Origin: an uncultured Gemmatimonadales bacterium
GTDB lineage: Bacteria; Gemmatimonadota; Gemmatimonadetes; Gemmatimonadales; GWC2-71-9
Assembly (NCBI GenBank): GCA_963821525.1
Contig: CAWGED010000019.1
Location: 768,001 to 832,000 of the forward strand
Length of the DNA stretch: 64,000 bases
Reading direction: 5' to 3'
A model generated the notes under the pieces. The model saw nothing but the letters and a program-made list of their open reading frames with translations, had not been told where the DNA came from and ran no database searches. The position numbers and the translations under genes are program-made. Shown piece by piece: positions 45,128 to 55,189 of this stretch (its first letter is position 1; each line of letters starts with the position of its first letter).

Positions 45128-46270
45128 TTACGCCGTTACCATCAGCAGCGCGAAGTAGACCAGCGCAAAGACGTTCAACGTTGCACCGAACACCGCGGCA
45201 GCCACCGCCCCGATGAGGTTTCCCTCGGCGTTGGTGAGCGGCTGGCCGTTTTCCTTGACCCACACCGGGTCGCCGGACCCGTCATCAGTCGTTGCCCGGG
45301 CGAAGATCCTGCCGTTAGCTCGGATGGTGAAATCGGTGGCGTAATTGCCTGAGCCACCATCGTAGTCCTGGGTTCCGTTTACCCGGAGCGTTTCGTTGTG
45401 CCCCTGCAGAGTTATATCCAGACCGAGGTGGGAATCGTCGGTCTGTGGATCCTCGGTGGTCTCCACAGTCAGACCCATGCTGGCGTTGGGGCCAGTCAGG
45501 CCGACGGTCACCACCTGCGCGTCTGGACTCGTCTGCGTCAGATGCATCTCGAAGGCCACCTGACCGTCGCCCAGCGTTCCCTCTGAGAGCAGGTCGAAGG
45601 TCTGCGCCACCGGGTCGAAGGTGTCGGGCAGGGTGACCGAGTAGTCTGCGTAGGTGACCGTGCCGTTGAGGTCGGTCACCACGATGCCAACCTCGGACTT
45701 GGTCGGATCGCTCTGGTCCAGCACGTCGAGGTAGCCGACCGGCGTGTTGGGATCGATCGAACCGCCCACCACGTCATAGAGCACGAAGCGGACACCGTTG
45801 GCCGGACCGGCGTTGGTGCCGTCGTCCTCGTATTGCTGGGTCGTCGGATTGTAGGCGAAGACGGTGGTGTAGTACGAATCGTCAATCGCATCACCCATCG
45901 TCACGATGTGGCCATCTGAGCCAATCGGATGGGTGGGGCGGACTCCCGCCTCGAGCCGCGGAATCTTGAAGTACCCGTGGCCGGAGAGGACGATCGTGGG
46001 TCGGGCGCCGAGGATCGCCTGCATCCCCGCGCCGTGGCCGCGAGAGAGCGCATCCAGCGCGGAGCCGCCGAAGTTCCCGATGTTGCCCACCCCGATCAGG
46101 GGACCGGCGCTCAGCGTACCGACCAGGCCATTCACGTCGGTCTGCAGGCCCTGCGGATCGTTGATGCTGCCCGAGCCGCTCGGCCCACTCGAGTCGCTGC
46201 TGCACGAGGCCAGAGCTACCACGCTGGCCAGAGCCAGCGTCGCCAGGCCGGACCGCCGAATCACCTTCAT
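45128..46270 (-). CDS. Hypothetical lipoprotein (paralog of 43851-44978)
   Basis: ALASC lipobox; beta-rich; hydrophobic C-terminus. Confidence 0.8.
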   Translation of the reverse strand: MKVIRRSGLATLALASVVALASCSSDSSGPSGSGSINDPQGLQTDVNGLVGTLSAGPLIGVGNIGNFGGSALDALSRGHGAGMQAILGARPTIVLSGHGYFKIPRLEAGVRPTHPIGSDGHIVTMGDAIDDSYYTTVFAYNPTTQQYEDDGTNAGPANGVRFVLYDVVGGSIDPNTPVGYLDVLDQSDPTKSEVGIVVTDLNGTVTYADYSVTLPDTFDPVAQTFDLLSEGTLGDGQVAFEMHLTQTSPDAQVVTVGLTGPNASMGLTVETTEDPQTDDSHLGLDITLQGHNETLRVNGTQDYDGGSGNYATDFTIRANGRIFARATTDDGSGDPVWVKENGQPLTNAEGNLIGAVAAAVFGATLNVFALVYFALLMVTA

Positions 46271-46325
46271 GGCACAACCCTCCCTGTTCAGGTTCGGTGG
46301 AGTCCAGTCTTTCCGGACCAGTTTT

Positions 46326-47186
46326 CTATTCAGTAAACGTGACGGTGGGATTATTCCCGCAGCCGGCGAAAACGACGTGGAAAATGCCGGTCGTGTTCGC
46401 GACGGTGCCTTGCAGATCCACTTGACCAGTCGAAATCGGCTGGAACGAGCTGCAGCCGGGATCGAACTCGAGCGCGACTGGCGTCGTGATCGTCAACTCG
46501 AAGTCCTCGGTGGAGCGCCGCCAGTCGAGCGTGCCGACGATGGTGAGGCTCCCCGCTTGCAGGGGACCGAGAATGTTGATGAAGTTGCCCTGATCAGGGG
46601 TAAAGAGGACGGTCCCGAGCAGGTGGATGTGGGCAACGGCCTTCCCTGGCCTGGCCCGATCGGTAAAATCGCTGAACATGATCGTGGCACTGTCCGCATC
46701 GCCGCTCCGGTTGGCGACCCCGTTGCGGACGGCGGTTTCGGTCATGCTCGAGGCGCCGTCCAGGAAGGTCCAGGTCAGCTGGGTGAAAGTGAGATCGTAG
46801 TCAGTCGTCGTAATGACCCCGCCGTCGTGCAGACCGAGGATGCCGGTTACCCCCACGCTGCCGCCGCTGGCCACGTTGCTGTGACAGGGGGGATCGGTGA
46901 AGGTGAGGTTGGCGTCATCCGGAATGTCGTCGTGGTCCGCGTCGTCGGTGTTGGACGGAACCGGACATCCGGCGGCTGAATTGAACCCGAAGGGAAGTCC
47001 CGGCTGATCCAGGGTGATGAGGCCCAGTGCCAGGCTCACCCCTTCAGCGAGAGAGGAACCTATTTCGACACGCAGGCTGGCTGCCGGGCCACCGCCCCCA
47101 CCACTGACGCCGGACAGGCCGGAGCCGCTGCCGCAGGCACCTAAGAGGACGAGGGGCAGAAGAACAGCCAGACGGGAACTAGGCAT
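46326..47186 (-). CDS. Hypothetical lipoprotein with DxDxDxIPD Ca-binding-like motif
   Basis: LLGAC lipobox; DADHDDIPDD; several Cys. Confidence 0.75.
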   Translation of the reverse strand: MPSSRLAVLLPLVLLGACGSGSGLSGVSGGGGGPAASLRVEIGSSLAEGVSLALGLITLDQPGLPFGFNSAAGCPVPSNTDDADHDDIPDDANLTFTDPPCHSNVASGGSVGVTGILGLHDGGVITTTDYDLTFTQLTWTFLDGASSMTETAVRNGVANRSGDADSATIMFSDFTDRARPGKAVAHIHLLGTVLFTPDQGNFINILGPLQAGSLTIVGTLDWRRSTEDFELTITTPVALEFDPGCSSFQPISTGQVDLQGTVANTTGIFHVVFAGCGNNPTVTFTE

Positions 47187-47467
47187 CTAGGCCCTCCGGT
47201 CGGAACGACTGAACGCTGGCGCTTCGGATACTCGTAATCTAGCGGGTTCCTCTTGGAATCTGGCACGGCGTACAGCCTTAGGCCACTGCCCAAACCTTGT
47301 GGCTGTATGGGATTTGGCCGGTCGGGGCAGTTCCGGGCCCAAGGCGGCCTCCCTACTGGCAGGAACCCGCGCGAGGGGTACTCTAGACGAACCCGGAAAC
47401 ATCGTTTTGACGCTTGGTTGATGGTGGCGACCAAGACTCCTGAGTCGCGCCTTCAGGGTTCGCGCAC

Positions 47468-50400
47468 ATGCCTCCGCATTTCTACCTCAAGTGTCTGGGC
47501 AATCCGGAGCTCCGGTCCCCCTCGGGAGATCCGGTCAAGTTTCGTACCCGTAAGCCGCTCGCCCTCCTGCTCTATCTCGCGGTCGAACCTCGGCATCCAC
47601 ACCGGCGTGACCGGCTGGCCGACTTGTTGTGGCCTAAAGGCTCAGCCCTGGAGGGACGTCATTCGGTGGCCACAGCACTCTCCGTACTGCGCGGCAAGCT
47701 GGGTGCCCAGGCGCTGGAAACCACTCGCGACCTGGTGCGATTCACCTTCGGCCAGCTCGAACTCGACCTGGACCGGCTCAGCCGCGGCGATGTGCTCGGC
47801 GACGAGTTCACCCCGGCCCTGGATGTCGGAGGGTTTCTCGAAGATTTCGACGTCGCCGACGCCCCTGAATTTCAGATGTGGCGCGATCAGCAGTGCGCGA
47901 GGCTCCTCCCCTCGTTGCGCGAAGCCTTCATCCGCTTGATGGACCGGTGCCGCCGCACCGGAGACTTCCGCCGCATCGAGGTCCTGGCCGACCGGCTGCA
48001 GACGCTCGACGACCTCAGTGAAGACGCGATCCGGGCCAAGATGGAGGCCCGGGCCCTTGATGGAGACCGCCTCGGTGCGCTGCGACTCTTCGAGCAGTGG
48101 CGGCTTCGGCTGAGCGACGAGCTGGGCGCCCAACCCTCGGCGCTGATTGATGGGATGGCCATCCGGCTGCGCCGGCGCGGTTGGGAGCAGACCCGCGCGG
48201 TGCCCCTGCCTCCGGTTTTCACCGACCGGTGGAAAGGTCGCCGCTTCGTCGGTCGCAGCGTCCAGTACCAGGCGCTCTACGAGGTATGGGAGCGCACCAT
48301 GCGAAGTCAGGCTCGCCATGCCCTCGTTCTGGGCGACTCCGGGATCGGCAAAAGCACTCTGGTTGAGCGCCTGGTCACCGCCGCTGGCATCGAGGGCGCC
48401 GCGTCTACCCGAGTCCAGTGCTACGAGCTCGAGCGGGACATTCCCTACACGGCGATCGGGGGACTGGTTCGCGGCCTGCTGGACCGGCCCGAGATCGCCG
48501 GCACACCACCCGAGTGGCTGGCCGAGCTTGCGGCACTGGTGCCGGACCTCAAGGCGAGGTTCACTGGGCTCCCGCCGGTACCGGAAACCCAGGGTGAGAC
48601 CGCCCGGATCCGTCTCGCCGAGGCGATACACCAGCTCCTGATGGCGGTGGCGGAGGAGCACCCGGTCATTGTCGTGGTGGACGACGTGCACCTGGCGGAC
48701 GATGTGAGCGTGGCCGTGCTCCACCTGCTCATGCGCCGGACCCAGAGCCAGCGGATCATGGTGGTGCTCACCGGCTCGACCCGCCGAGTTGAGCCGGGCA
48801 CCGTCGGCGGCGCGCCTGCGGGAAAACCAGCGCGGGCTGGGACTGGAGATCATCGAGCTCCCGCACCTCACACCGGACGAGAGCGCCGAACTCGTCGAGG
48901 GATTGGCCCAGGCGGCGGAGACCGAGCCCAGCCTCACGGTTCGCCGGGCCCTGGTGCGCGCCGCCGCCGGCATTCCGATGGTGCTGGAACTCCTCTTCCG
49001 CGACTGGCAAACCAACGGCGAACGCTGCCTGGCCCTCTCGGTGGGTGCCATGACGGCCGATGCGATCGAGGCGGGTACCGAGGGCGCCTATCGCCAGATC
49101 CTGGACCGGGTCGTCGGAGACCTCGACGACGTGTCGCGCGCGGTGCTCAACCTCGCCTCCATCCTCGGCGCCCGCTTGAACGATCTCCCGATGTACCAGC
49201 TGGTAGACCTCTCGGTTGCCCAGACGATGGCGGGGATGGCGCGGCTCACCGAGCTGCGGCTGCTCCGGGACGGCGGTCACGCGCTCGACTTTCGGAACGA
49301 AGTGATCCGGGCTCACGCCTACTTCGGCGTCCCGTCGCCGCATCGGACGGCGTTGCATGGCCGGATAGCGGATCTTCTCCTGGCGAGTGACGGGCGAGGG
49401 GAGTCGGTGCCTGGGCTGGAGATAGCGTGGCACTGCGTGCGGGCGGGGCGGACCGCGCAATCGACCCCGTACCTCCTCAGAGGCGCCAGAGAGGCGATGC
49501 AAAGCGGTGCCCCCTTCGAAACCGAGCAGGCCCTCAGCTCCGCGATGGGCTGGCTTCCGATTCGTCATCACACTGAAGCCCTACTGCTGTTTGCCGAGAG
49601 CCTTCAGGAGCAGGGCCGGTGGAAAGAGTCTCGCAAAGTACTGGGTGGGGAGCTGGACCCTCTAGATGACGAGACGCGGGAAATGAAGTTCGTACTGAGT
49701 GTGAGAGCCGCGAATTTCGAAGGAGTCCCTCAAGCGGAGGCCGAAAGTCTCCGCAAGATACTGAGGGATGTGATGACCGGAGGAAAGACGCCTCGCTCAA
49801 GGACAAGAGCTGCCTATGTCTGCAGCCAGATACTGTTCAGTTCCGCACAAAGCGCTGAATGCCTCGAGCTTTACAACTGCTGCAAAGAGATCCCGACGAG
49901 TGGACTATCTATCAGTGAGATGTCGGAGTTCTTGCTCGCGAAGACAAGTCTTCGCATACATGGCCCATGTAGAGAAGGAGTACTCAGAGGTCAGAGCTAG
50001 GCTGGAGCTGCAAAGGTTGGAACACGACAGGTTGGGAATAGCTAATCAAGCAGCCGCTTTAACAGAAAACCATCTCGGCTGCGCGGATTCGGCCGAAGGT
50101 CGATACGCCAATGCCCTTCCTTACTTCGAACGATCCCTGCGACTCGCTGAAAGGTTGGGGGACGAGAGATTGATGTCCCAGATCGCGTCCAACCTGGCGT
50201 TAGCGAATGGACGACTTGGTCGCTACGATGAGCAGCTAAGGTGGGCTGGATTCGGCCTCGCCCAAGGTGAGTGTGAACGGCATAGATATAAGCTGGTCTA
50301 CTATCGGTCTTGGGCGTTGGCGATGCTTGGAGAGGCGACTCAAGGCCATCTCCTCAGTAATTGAGGAAGCAGCGAGGCCGACCAATCGCACTCCAAACTG

Positions 50401-50791
50401 GCTTCCACCTGTAAGACAGATCTTGTTTGCAGACGTCAAGTACATCGCAGGGGCGAGAAAAGAGGCTAGCCGGGACGCCGCCGAGGTACTGCGATCTAAC
50501 CGACGAACTGGATTCCACGAAGCGTTTGCGGGTGTGTACGCCAGGTGGTTGGCAAAGCTTTCGGGCGCTGGTTTGGACCTGGAGGAGGGCTACGGGGAGT
50601 TACAGTCTCTTAGCTCAATGCTCTACCATTTCGATGCAGTCGATCGAGCTGAAATTCTTAGCGGCAGGTTGTACCTGGAGCGGCTGCGTGGAGAGAATGG
50701 GAAATCCACCGAAACCGAACTTCACGCTGCCCTTAGCTGCTTACCAGAGGCCGTTGCCCGTCAGATTTCACTACTTGATATGCCAACCTGA
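47468..50791 (+). CDS. SARP/BTAD-AAA(STAND)-TPR transcriptional regulator (frameshifts near 48775, 49945, 50330)
   Basis: KPLALLLYLA..RRDRLADLLWP, BTAD helices, FVGR, Walker A GDSGIGKST, VDDVHLAD, GIPMVL, TPR-like C-terminus. Confidence 0.85.
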
Positions 50792-50794
50792 ACT

Positions 50795-52214
50795 CTAGGC
50801 GCCTAGCCAGGAGCGCCTAGCTCTGCGTGTCGCACCCGTTCCCCAACTGACTCGCTTGGATCCTCCCTCACGCGGTACGGCTTTCTCCCCACCGTCTGAG
50901 GCCTGTGAAATTTCTGCCATCACACGCCGAATCACGACGGAGTTAACCACCAAATCAACAAGATTGGGATCGAATTGTGTTCCGCGGCACTTCTGAAGCT
51001 CCCCAACAACCGCTTCCACGGTCAGCTTCTTCCTGTATGGCCGATCCGTAGTCATCGCATCGGTCGTATCAGAAATCATGATGATTCGGGCACCGAGCGG
51101 GATCGCATCGCCTGCCATTCCATCAGGATATCCGTGCCCATCCCAGCGTTCATGGTGACTCCGTACAGCATCATGAATGGCGCCGCGGAAGCTCGAGATA
51201 ATCGCGACCAACTCGGCGCTCTTCGCGGAATGCGTCTGCAGTAGAGCCATTTCCTCTGGGGTGAGCTTTGAATCCTTCCGAAGAAGAGGTGCGAATTCCT
51301 CATGGATCTTGCCTACGTCATGAAGGACGGCAGCTGTATAGACCTCCTCTACCTGGTCGGAGGTCATCTTGGCTTCCTGAGCAATAGCCTTCGAGAGCGT
51401 AGCGACGCGGATTGAGTGGCCCGATGTGTATGGGTCCCGTGCTTCGATTGCCTTGACCATTAGGTCGAGAAGTTCGCGCCCGCTGTTCTGGAGCTTCCTA
51501 TACAATCCGTAGACGTGACGGATAACAATTACAGGGATCGTAACGCTGATCAAGACCCAATGGACCGAATCCCAGGAGGTGTTCTGACTTCCTGTAGAAA
51601 AACGCCACAACCAGAGCTATTGCGCTGGCCCCAAGATCATACCCTAAGACGCCCTTCGCATTCAGATTCCAGACCTCACCAAACCTCCTACCAGAACTGA
51701 TAGCAACGGCAGCGTTGACGGCGATTGTATTGACCGCGAAATATGTTGCCTCCAAAGACAAAAAACAGTCCGAGATCTCTTTGAACATCGGCAGACTGAA
51801 CTCCGACATTCAGCGCGAGATACGCCGGAGGGAGGCCACCGCCAAGTGCCTGATAGAGAAGGACACCGAGGACGACTGAGAGGAATCTCTGTGCGGTGTT
51901 GAAGACGATCTTTATGCCTGGACGCCTGTTTGTCCACTCGACTGGCGGCGGTAGATGCTGCGGCTACAAACCCTCCCCAAAAGCCTCCAAACAGGACCGC
52001 CGGCTGCAAGGTGGATAATGAAGGATGCCGAGCCCTTTGCTTCGACTCGAAGGGGATTGCCTGAAAGGTCAATTAGATAGGCGACAACCACAAAGCTGCA
52101 AAGAGCCCAAAGCCCAGGATTGGGCGAGACGTGACTGGCCAAGCCGCGGCACCCGAGAGCGGCCGCAAGGACAGATCGAGCCAACGTAAATCTGAACGTT
52201 TTCGACTCATTCAT
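50795..52214 (-). CDS. Membrane-anchored HD-GYP phosphodiesterase (several frameshifts in the N-terminal TM region)
   Basis: EARDPYTSGHS, LHDVGK, HHERWDGHGYPDG, DAMTTDRPYR, GTQFDP; hydrophobic N-terminal fragments. Confidence 0.88.
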
Positions 52215-52261
52215 GATAGCAGACTAGCAAGGGCCCCGGCCGTCCTACATCCAACTGGAGC

Positions 52262-52345
52262 TTATGTCCAATCGGCGCCTTCACCCAAAGAAGTCACGCG
52301 GGCGAAGAACTCAATGACTTTCGCGAGCAAGCTGATGTGCAACAT
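52262..52345 (-). CDS. Unannotated 27-aa peptide MLHISLLAKVIEFFARVTSLGEGADWT (putative signalling peptide precursor)
   Basis: Manual translation; AAGGAG RBS 6 nt upstream of ATG; TAA stop 47 bp before the HD-GYP start. Confidence 0.7.
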   Translation of the reverse strand: MLHISLLAKVIEFFARVTSLGEGADWT

Positions 52346-52627
52346 GAGCGTCTCCTTCGAACGAGTAGATAAGGAACCCTCGGGAAGGGGCACGCCTCGC
52401 TATGGCGCACCTGACGCTCCGCTCTCAGTTGTCCGCTCGTCTCCGCTGATCCTGACCAGCATCCCTGCACCAACGAAGACCGGGGCCGCCTGCCGTTTTT
52501 TCCTTTCTGAAAGAAGGGTGGTCCCGCTCACACCTTCATTCCTGCATTCCTGCGTTTGGACGCCGACGGGCCCGGCATCCCTTGAACGACGAGATGCGGC
52601 GGGCCCGCTGAATTTTGTTGCTACGAC

Positions 52628-53362
52628 CTAACTGGGGCGCCGGGCCTCCGCCCAGCGGTTGGTCGCGTCGAGCACCGCGAATACTGCGGCGCGCTCCGCG
52701 CTCTCTTTGATCTCGGCCGTACCCATGAGCAATACCGCTTCACGTCCACCGAGCCCCTGCACCGCCACCATCACGAACTCGCGGTCGAACGCCTCGACGA
52801 TCTTGGACCCTTCGAGCGCCACCGAGTTGTCCGCCAGCAGCTGGTCGAGCGCCGAAACCGCCGCCCGGGCCGCCGCCTCTACCCGGCTCCGCGGGGTGTC
52901 CGAGCTTTCCTCTTCGGCCACCGCCCTGGTCTCCCCGAATCCCAGCGTCACCTGGATCGAAATCCGGTGCGGCCGCTTGCCCGGTGCCACGGTGAGCGAG
53001 TCGAACAGCGCGGCGCGCCGCATCGAGCGCTCCCGTACCGCGTCTCTTTCCAGCGCCTCGATGGGCCGGACTTCGGCGGTCTGGGCAATGCTGATTTTGC
53101 GATGATCTACCTTGAGCCCGAGCTGGGCCAGGAGAGCGGACTCTATATTGCGGACCAGCTGCTTCGCTTGCAAGCCCGACTGGGCCAGAATATGGACCTC
53201 GCTGACCTCCCCGAGCGGGGTGGTCACCACCCGGGCCGAAAGCACCCCTTCCAGGCTGGTGAGCAGTTGCTCAGCCCGGCGAACCCCCCACGGATCCGGC
53301 GGGCTCTCCAACGGAGCCGAACGCAGGGAGGCATCGGGTTGGCGGATCGGGGTCGAGGACAA
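52628..53362 (-). CDS. Hypothetical two-domain protein (VDHRKISIAQ motif)
   Basis: Clean ORF with RBS and TTG start; EVHILA..KQLVRNIESALLA..VDHRKISIAQ. Confidence 0.8.
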   Translation of the reverse strand: MSSTPIRQPDASLRSAPLESPPDPWGVRRAEQLLTSLEGVLSARVVTTPLGEVSEVHILAQSGLQAKQLVRNIESALLAQLGLKVDHRKISIAQTAEVRPIEALERDAVRERSMRRAALFDSLTVAPGKRPHRISIQVTLGFGETRAVAEEESSDTPRSRVEAAARAAVSALDQLLADNSVALEGSKIVEAFDREFVMVAVQGLGGREAVLLMGTAEIKESAERAAVFAVLDATNRWAEARRPS

Positions 53363-53387
53363 GATCCAGCTATCCTTTCGTGCGGTT

Positions 53388-55067
53388 TCAGGCGACCGCG
53401 TTACGTCCGTTGGCCTTCGCGTGGTACAGTGCGCGATCGGCCAGCACAAGTAAATCCCCCTCGTGGGGTCGCCTCACGTCGTATTCGGCGACGCCGATAC
53501 TGGCAGTCACCAGCCCGACCGGGTAGCCCAGCCGGCGCCCCACTCCTTCGATCCCGGCCCGGATCGCCTCGCCGACCCGATTGGCTCCCGCCAGGTCGGT
53601 CCGGTTGAGCAGGACCACGAACTCATCACCGCCGTAGCGTGCCGCCAGGTCCGAGGCGCGAATCGCGCTCTTCAGCTCGGTCGCCACCGCACGAAGCACC
53701 GCGTTCCCCGCCTCGTGCCCGTACTGATCGTTCACCAGCTTGAAGTGGTCCAGATCGATGAACAGGACCGCGAACCCCTCCAGGCTGCGCTTGCTTCGCT
53801 CGACCTCGTAACTCAGCCGGTCGTTCAGAACTTTGTACGCGGCGAGCCCGGTCAGGGTATCCACCGCCGCATCGCGCTGCGCCTCTTCGACCCGCCGAGC
53901 CTGGTAGGGTACACACTGCTTGAGTGATGCCCGGCCCATGGCCGCCGCCTGGGCGAACGCGGCGCAGGTCTCGAATCCGCAGGCCCGGCAGTCCCACGGC
54001 TTGCCGTGAGGACCCAGGCCGATCGCGGCGAGCACTTCATCCACCTGGGCCGTATCGGCCCGCACCAGTCGCGGCTGGATCTCGAAGATGGCTCCGTAGC
54101 TCGCGACTACTGCGTCGTCCACCACCGGCTGGCGGCTCCGCGGAGGCTCGCTGTTCTCCACGACCGAACGGCGCCAGAACAGCTCTTCACGCGGGCCCGA
54201 GAGCGGGTGATCCAGCCATCCCTCGTGGGCCAGCAGATCGACGAACCCCAGGTCGAGCCGGTCTATCACGACCGCGCGGGACAGACCGCGCAGCTCACCC
54301 AATCCCCGCAGCTTCCGGAACCGCTTGCTCGAGTGCCGAGATTCTTCCAGCAGCGAGAGCGGTATCCCGCCCGCCAGGCTCAGGTAGCGACGATGTTCCG
54401 CGGGGACCCGGGCGTAGTGTGCGGGCTGCGCGAGGGGGCTCACACCGCGGAGCCGGAACAGCTGCTCCAGGTCCTGGAAGGTGATCGCCGAATCGAGCTC
54501 CTCGCGCCCGGCAGGCGGGCACACACCGGCGTATACCACCTCCAGCCCTTCGCCCCACTGCGCCCGCAGGTACCTCGCCTCCGCCAGCGCGGGCAACGTC
54601 ACCGGCGCGAGATAGGGAACCAGTTCCGGATAGTCTCTCCGGATCGCCTCCACCACCACCGGGTCGGTGGAGCGGATCATGGTGCCCCAGTTTTCCTCAC
54701 GCCACAGCCTCAAGTACTCCGAGGCGACCAACTCGTCTCCCACTACCCCGCGGGTCACCAGACGGAACCCGGCGGAGTAGCATGCGTTCACGATTTGCTC
54801 CGGCGCCGCCGGGTAGAAGTACGCCACGGCCTCCGGACTCAGGATCAGCGCGCCGTCGCCTCTCGTGGCGACCGCGATGGCGCGACCCAATTCACCAGTG
54901 ACTTCAATCGCGTGATGCGGGCAAGCGGGAACGCAGAGCCCGCACCGAATGCAGCTCTCGTCTACGATGCGCACCAGTGGATCCTGCACCTCGACGGCGC
55001 CGGTCGGGCACACGCGTACGCAGGCCAGGCACGTAACGCAGGCCGCCGGGTCAATCGAGAAAATCAC
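53388..55067 (-). CDS. Diguanylate cyclase with 2[4Fe-4S], degenerate [FeFe]-hydrogenase-like and FeS domains
   Basis: Two CxxCxxCxxxCP motifs; YPELVPYLAPV, DSAITFQDL; CRACGFETC..C; RASD I-site and GGDEF. Confidence 0.9.
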   Translation of the reverse strand: MIFSIDPAACVTCLACVRVCPTGAVEVQDPLVRIVDESCIRCGLCVPACPHHAIEVTGELGRAIAVATRGDGALILSPEAVAYFYPAAPEQIVNACYSAGFRLVTRGVVGDELVASEYLRLWREENWGTMIRSTDPVVVEAIRRDYPELVPYLAPVTLPALAEARYLRAQWGEGLEVVYAGVCPPAGREELDSAITFQDLEQLFRLRGVSPLAQPAHYARVPAEHRRYLSLAGGIPLSLLEESRHSSKRFRKLRGLGELRGLSRAVVIDRLDLGFVDLLAHEGWLDHPLSGPREELFWRRSVVENSEPPRSRQPVVDDAVVASYGAIFEIQPRLVRADTAQVDEVLAAIGLGPHGKPWDCRACGFETCAAFAQAAAMGRASLKQCVPYQARRVEEAQRDAAVDTLTGLAAYKVLNDRLSYEVERSKRSLEGFAVLFIDLDHFKLVNDQYGHEAGNAVLRAVATELKSAIRASDLAARYGGDEFVVLLNRTDLAGANRVGEAIRAGIEGVGRRLGYPVGLVTASIGVAEYDVRRPHEGDLLVLADRALYHAKANGRNAVA

Positions 55068-55111
55068 TGTGCTAAACCCTGGTGCTGGATCGGAAAAATC
55101 CCGGGTTGCCG

Positions 55112-55140
55112 AATATGCGCCTCCAGGACATAACTGTCAA
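55112..55140 (-). promoter_or_regulatory. Sigma70-type promoter TTGACA-N17-CATATT
   Basis: Perfect -35 box and 17-nt spacer upstream of the cyclase gene. Confidence 0.65.
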
Positions 55141-55189
55141 GAATCGTGAGCACGCAAATCCCAGTTCCCGCAGAACTTAGCTCGTTGAC

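Noticed and set aside
52346..52627. Structured leader and a 20-aa ORF (MLVRISGDERTTESGASGAP) upstream of the peptide gene
   Set aside because: Weak RBS and no recognisable riboswitch consensus by eye; an Rfam/Infernal search would be needed
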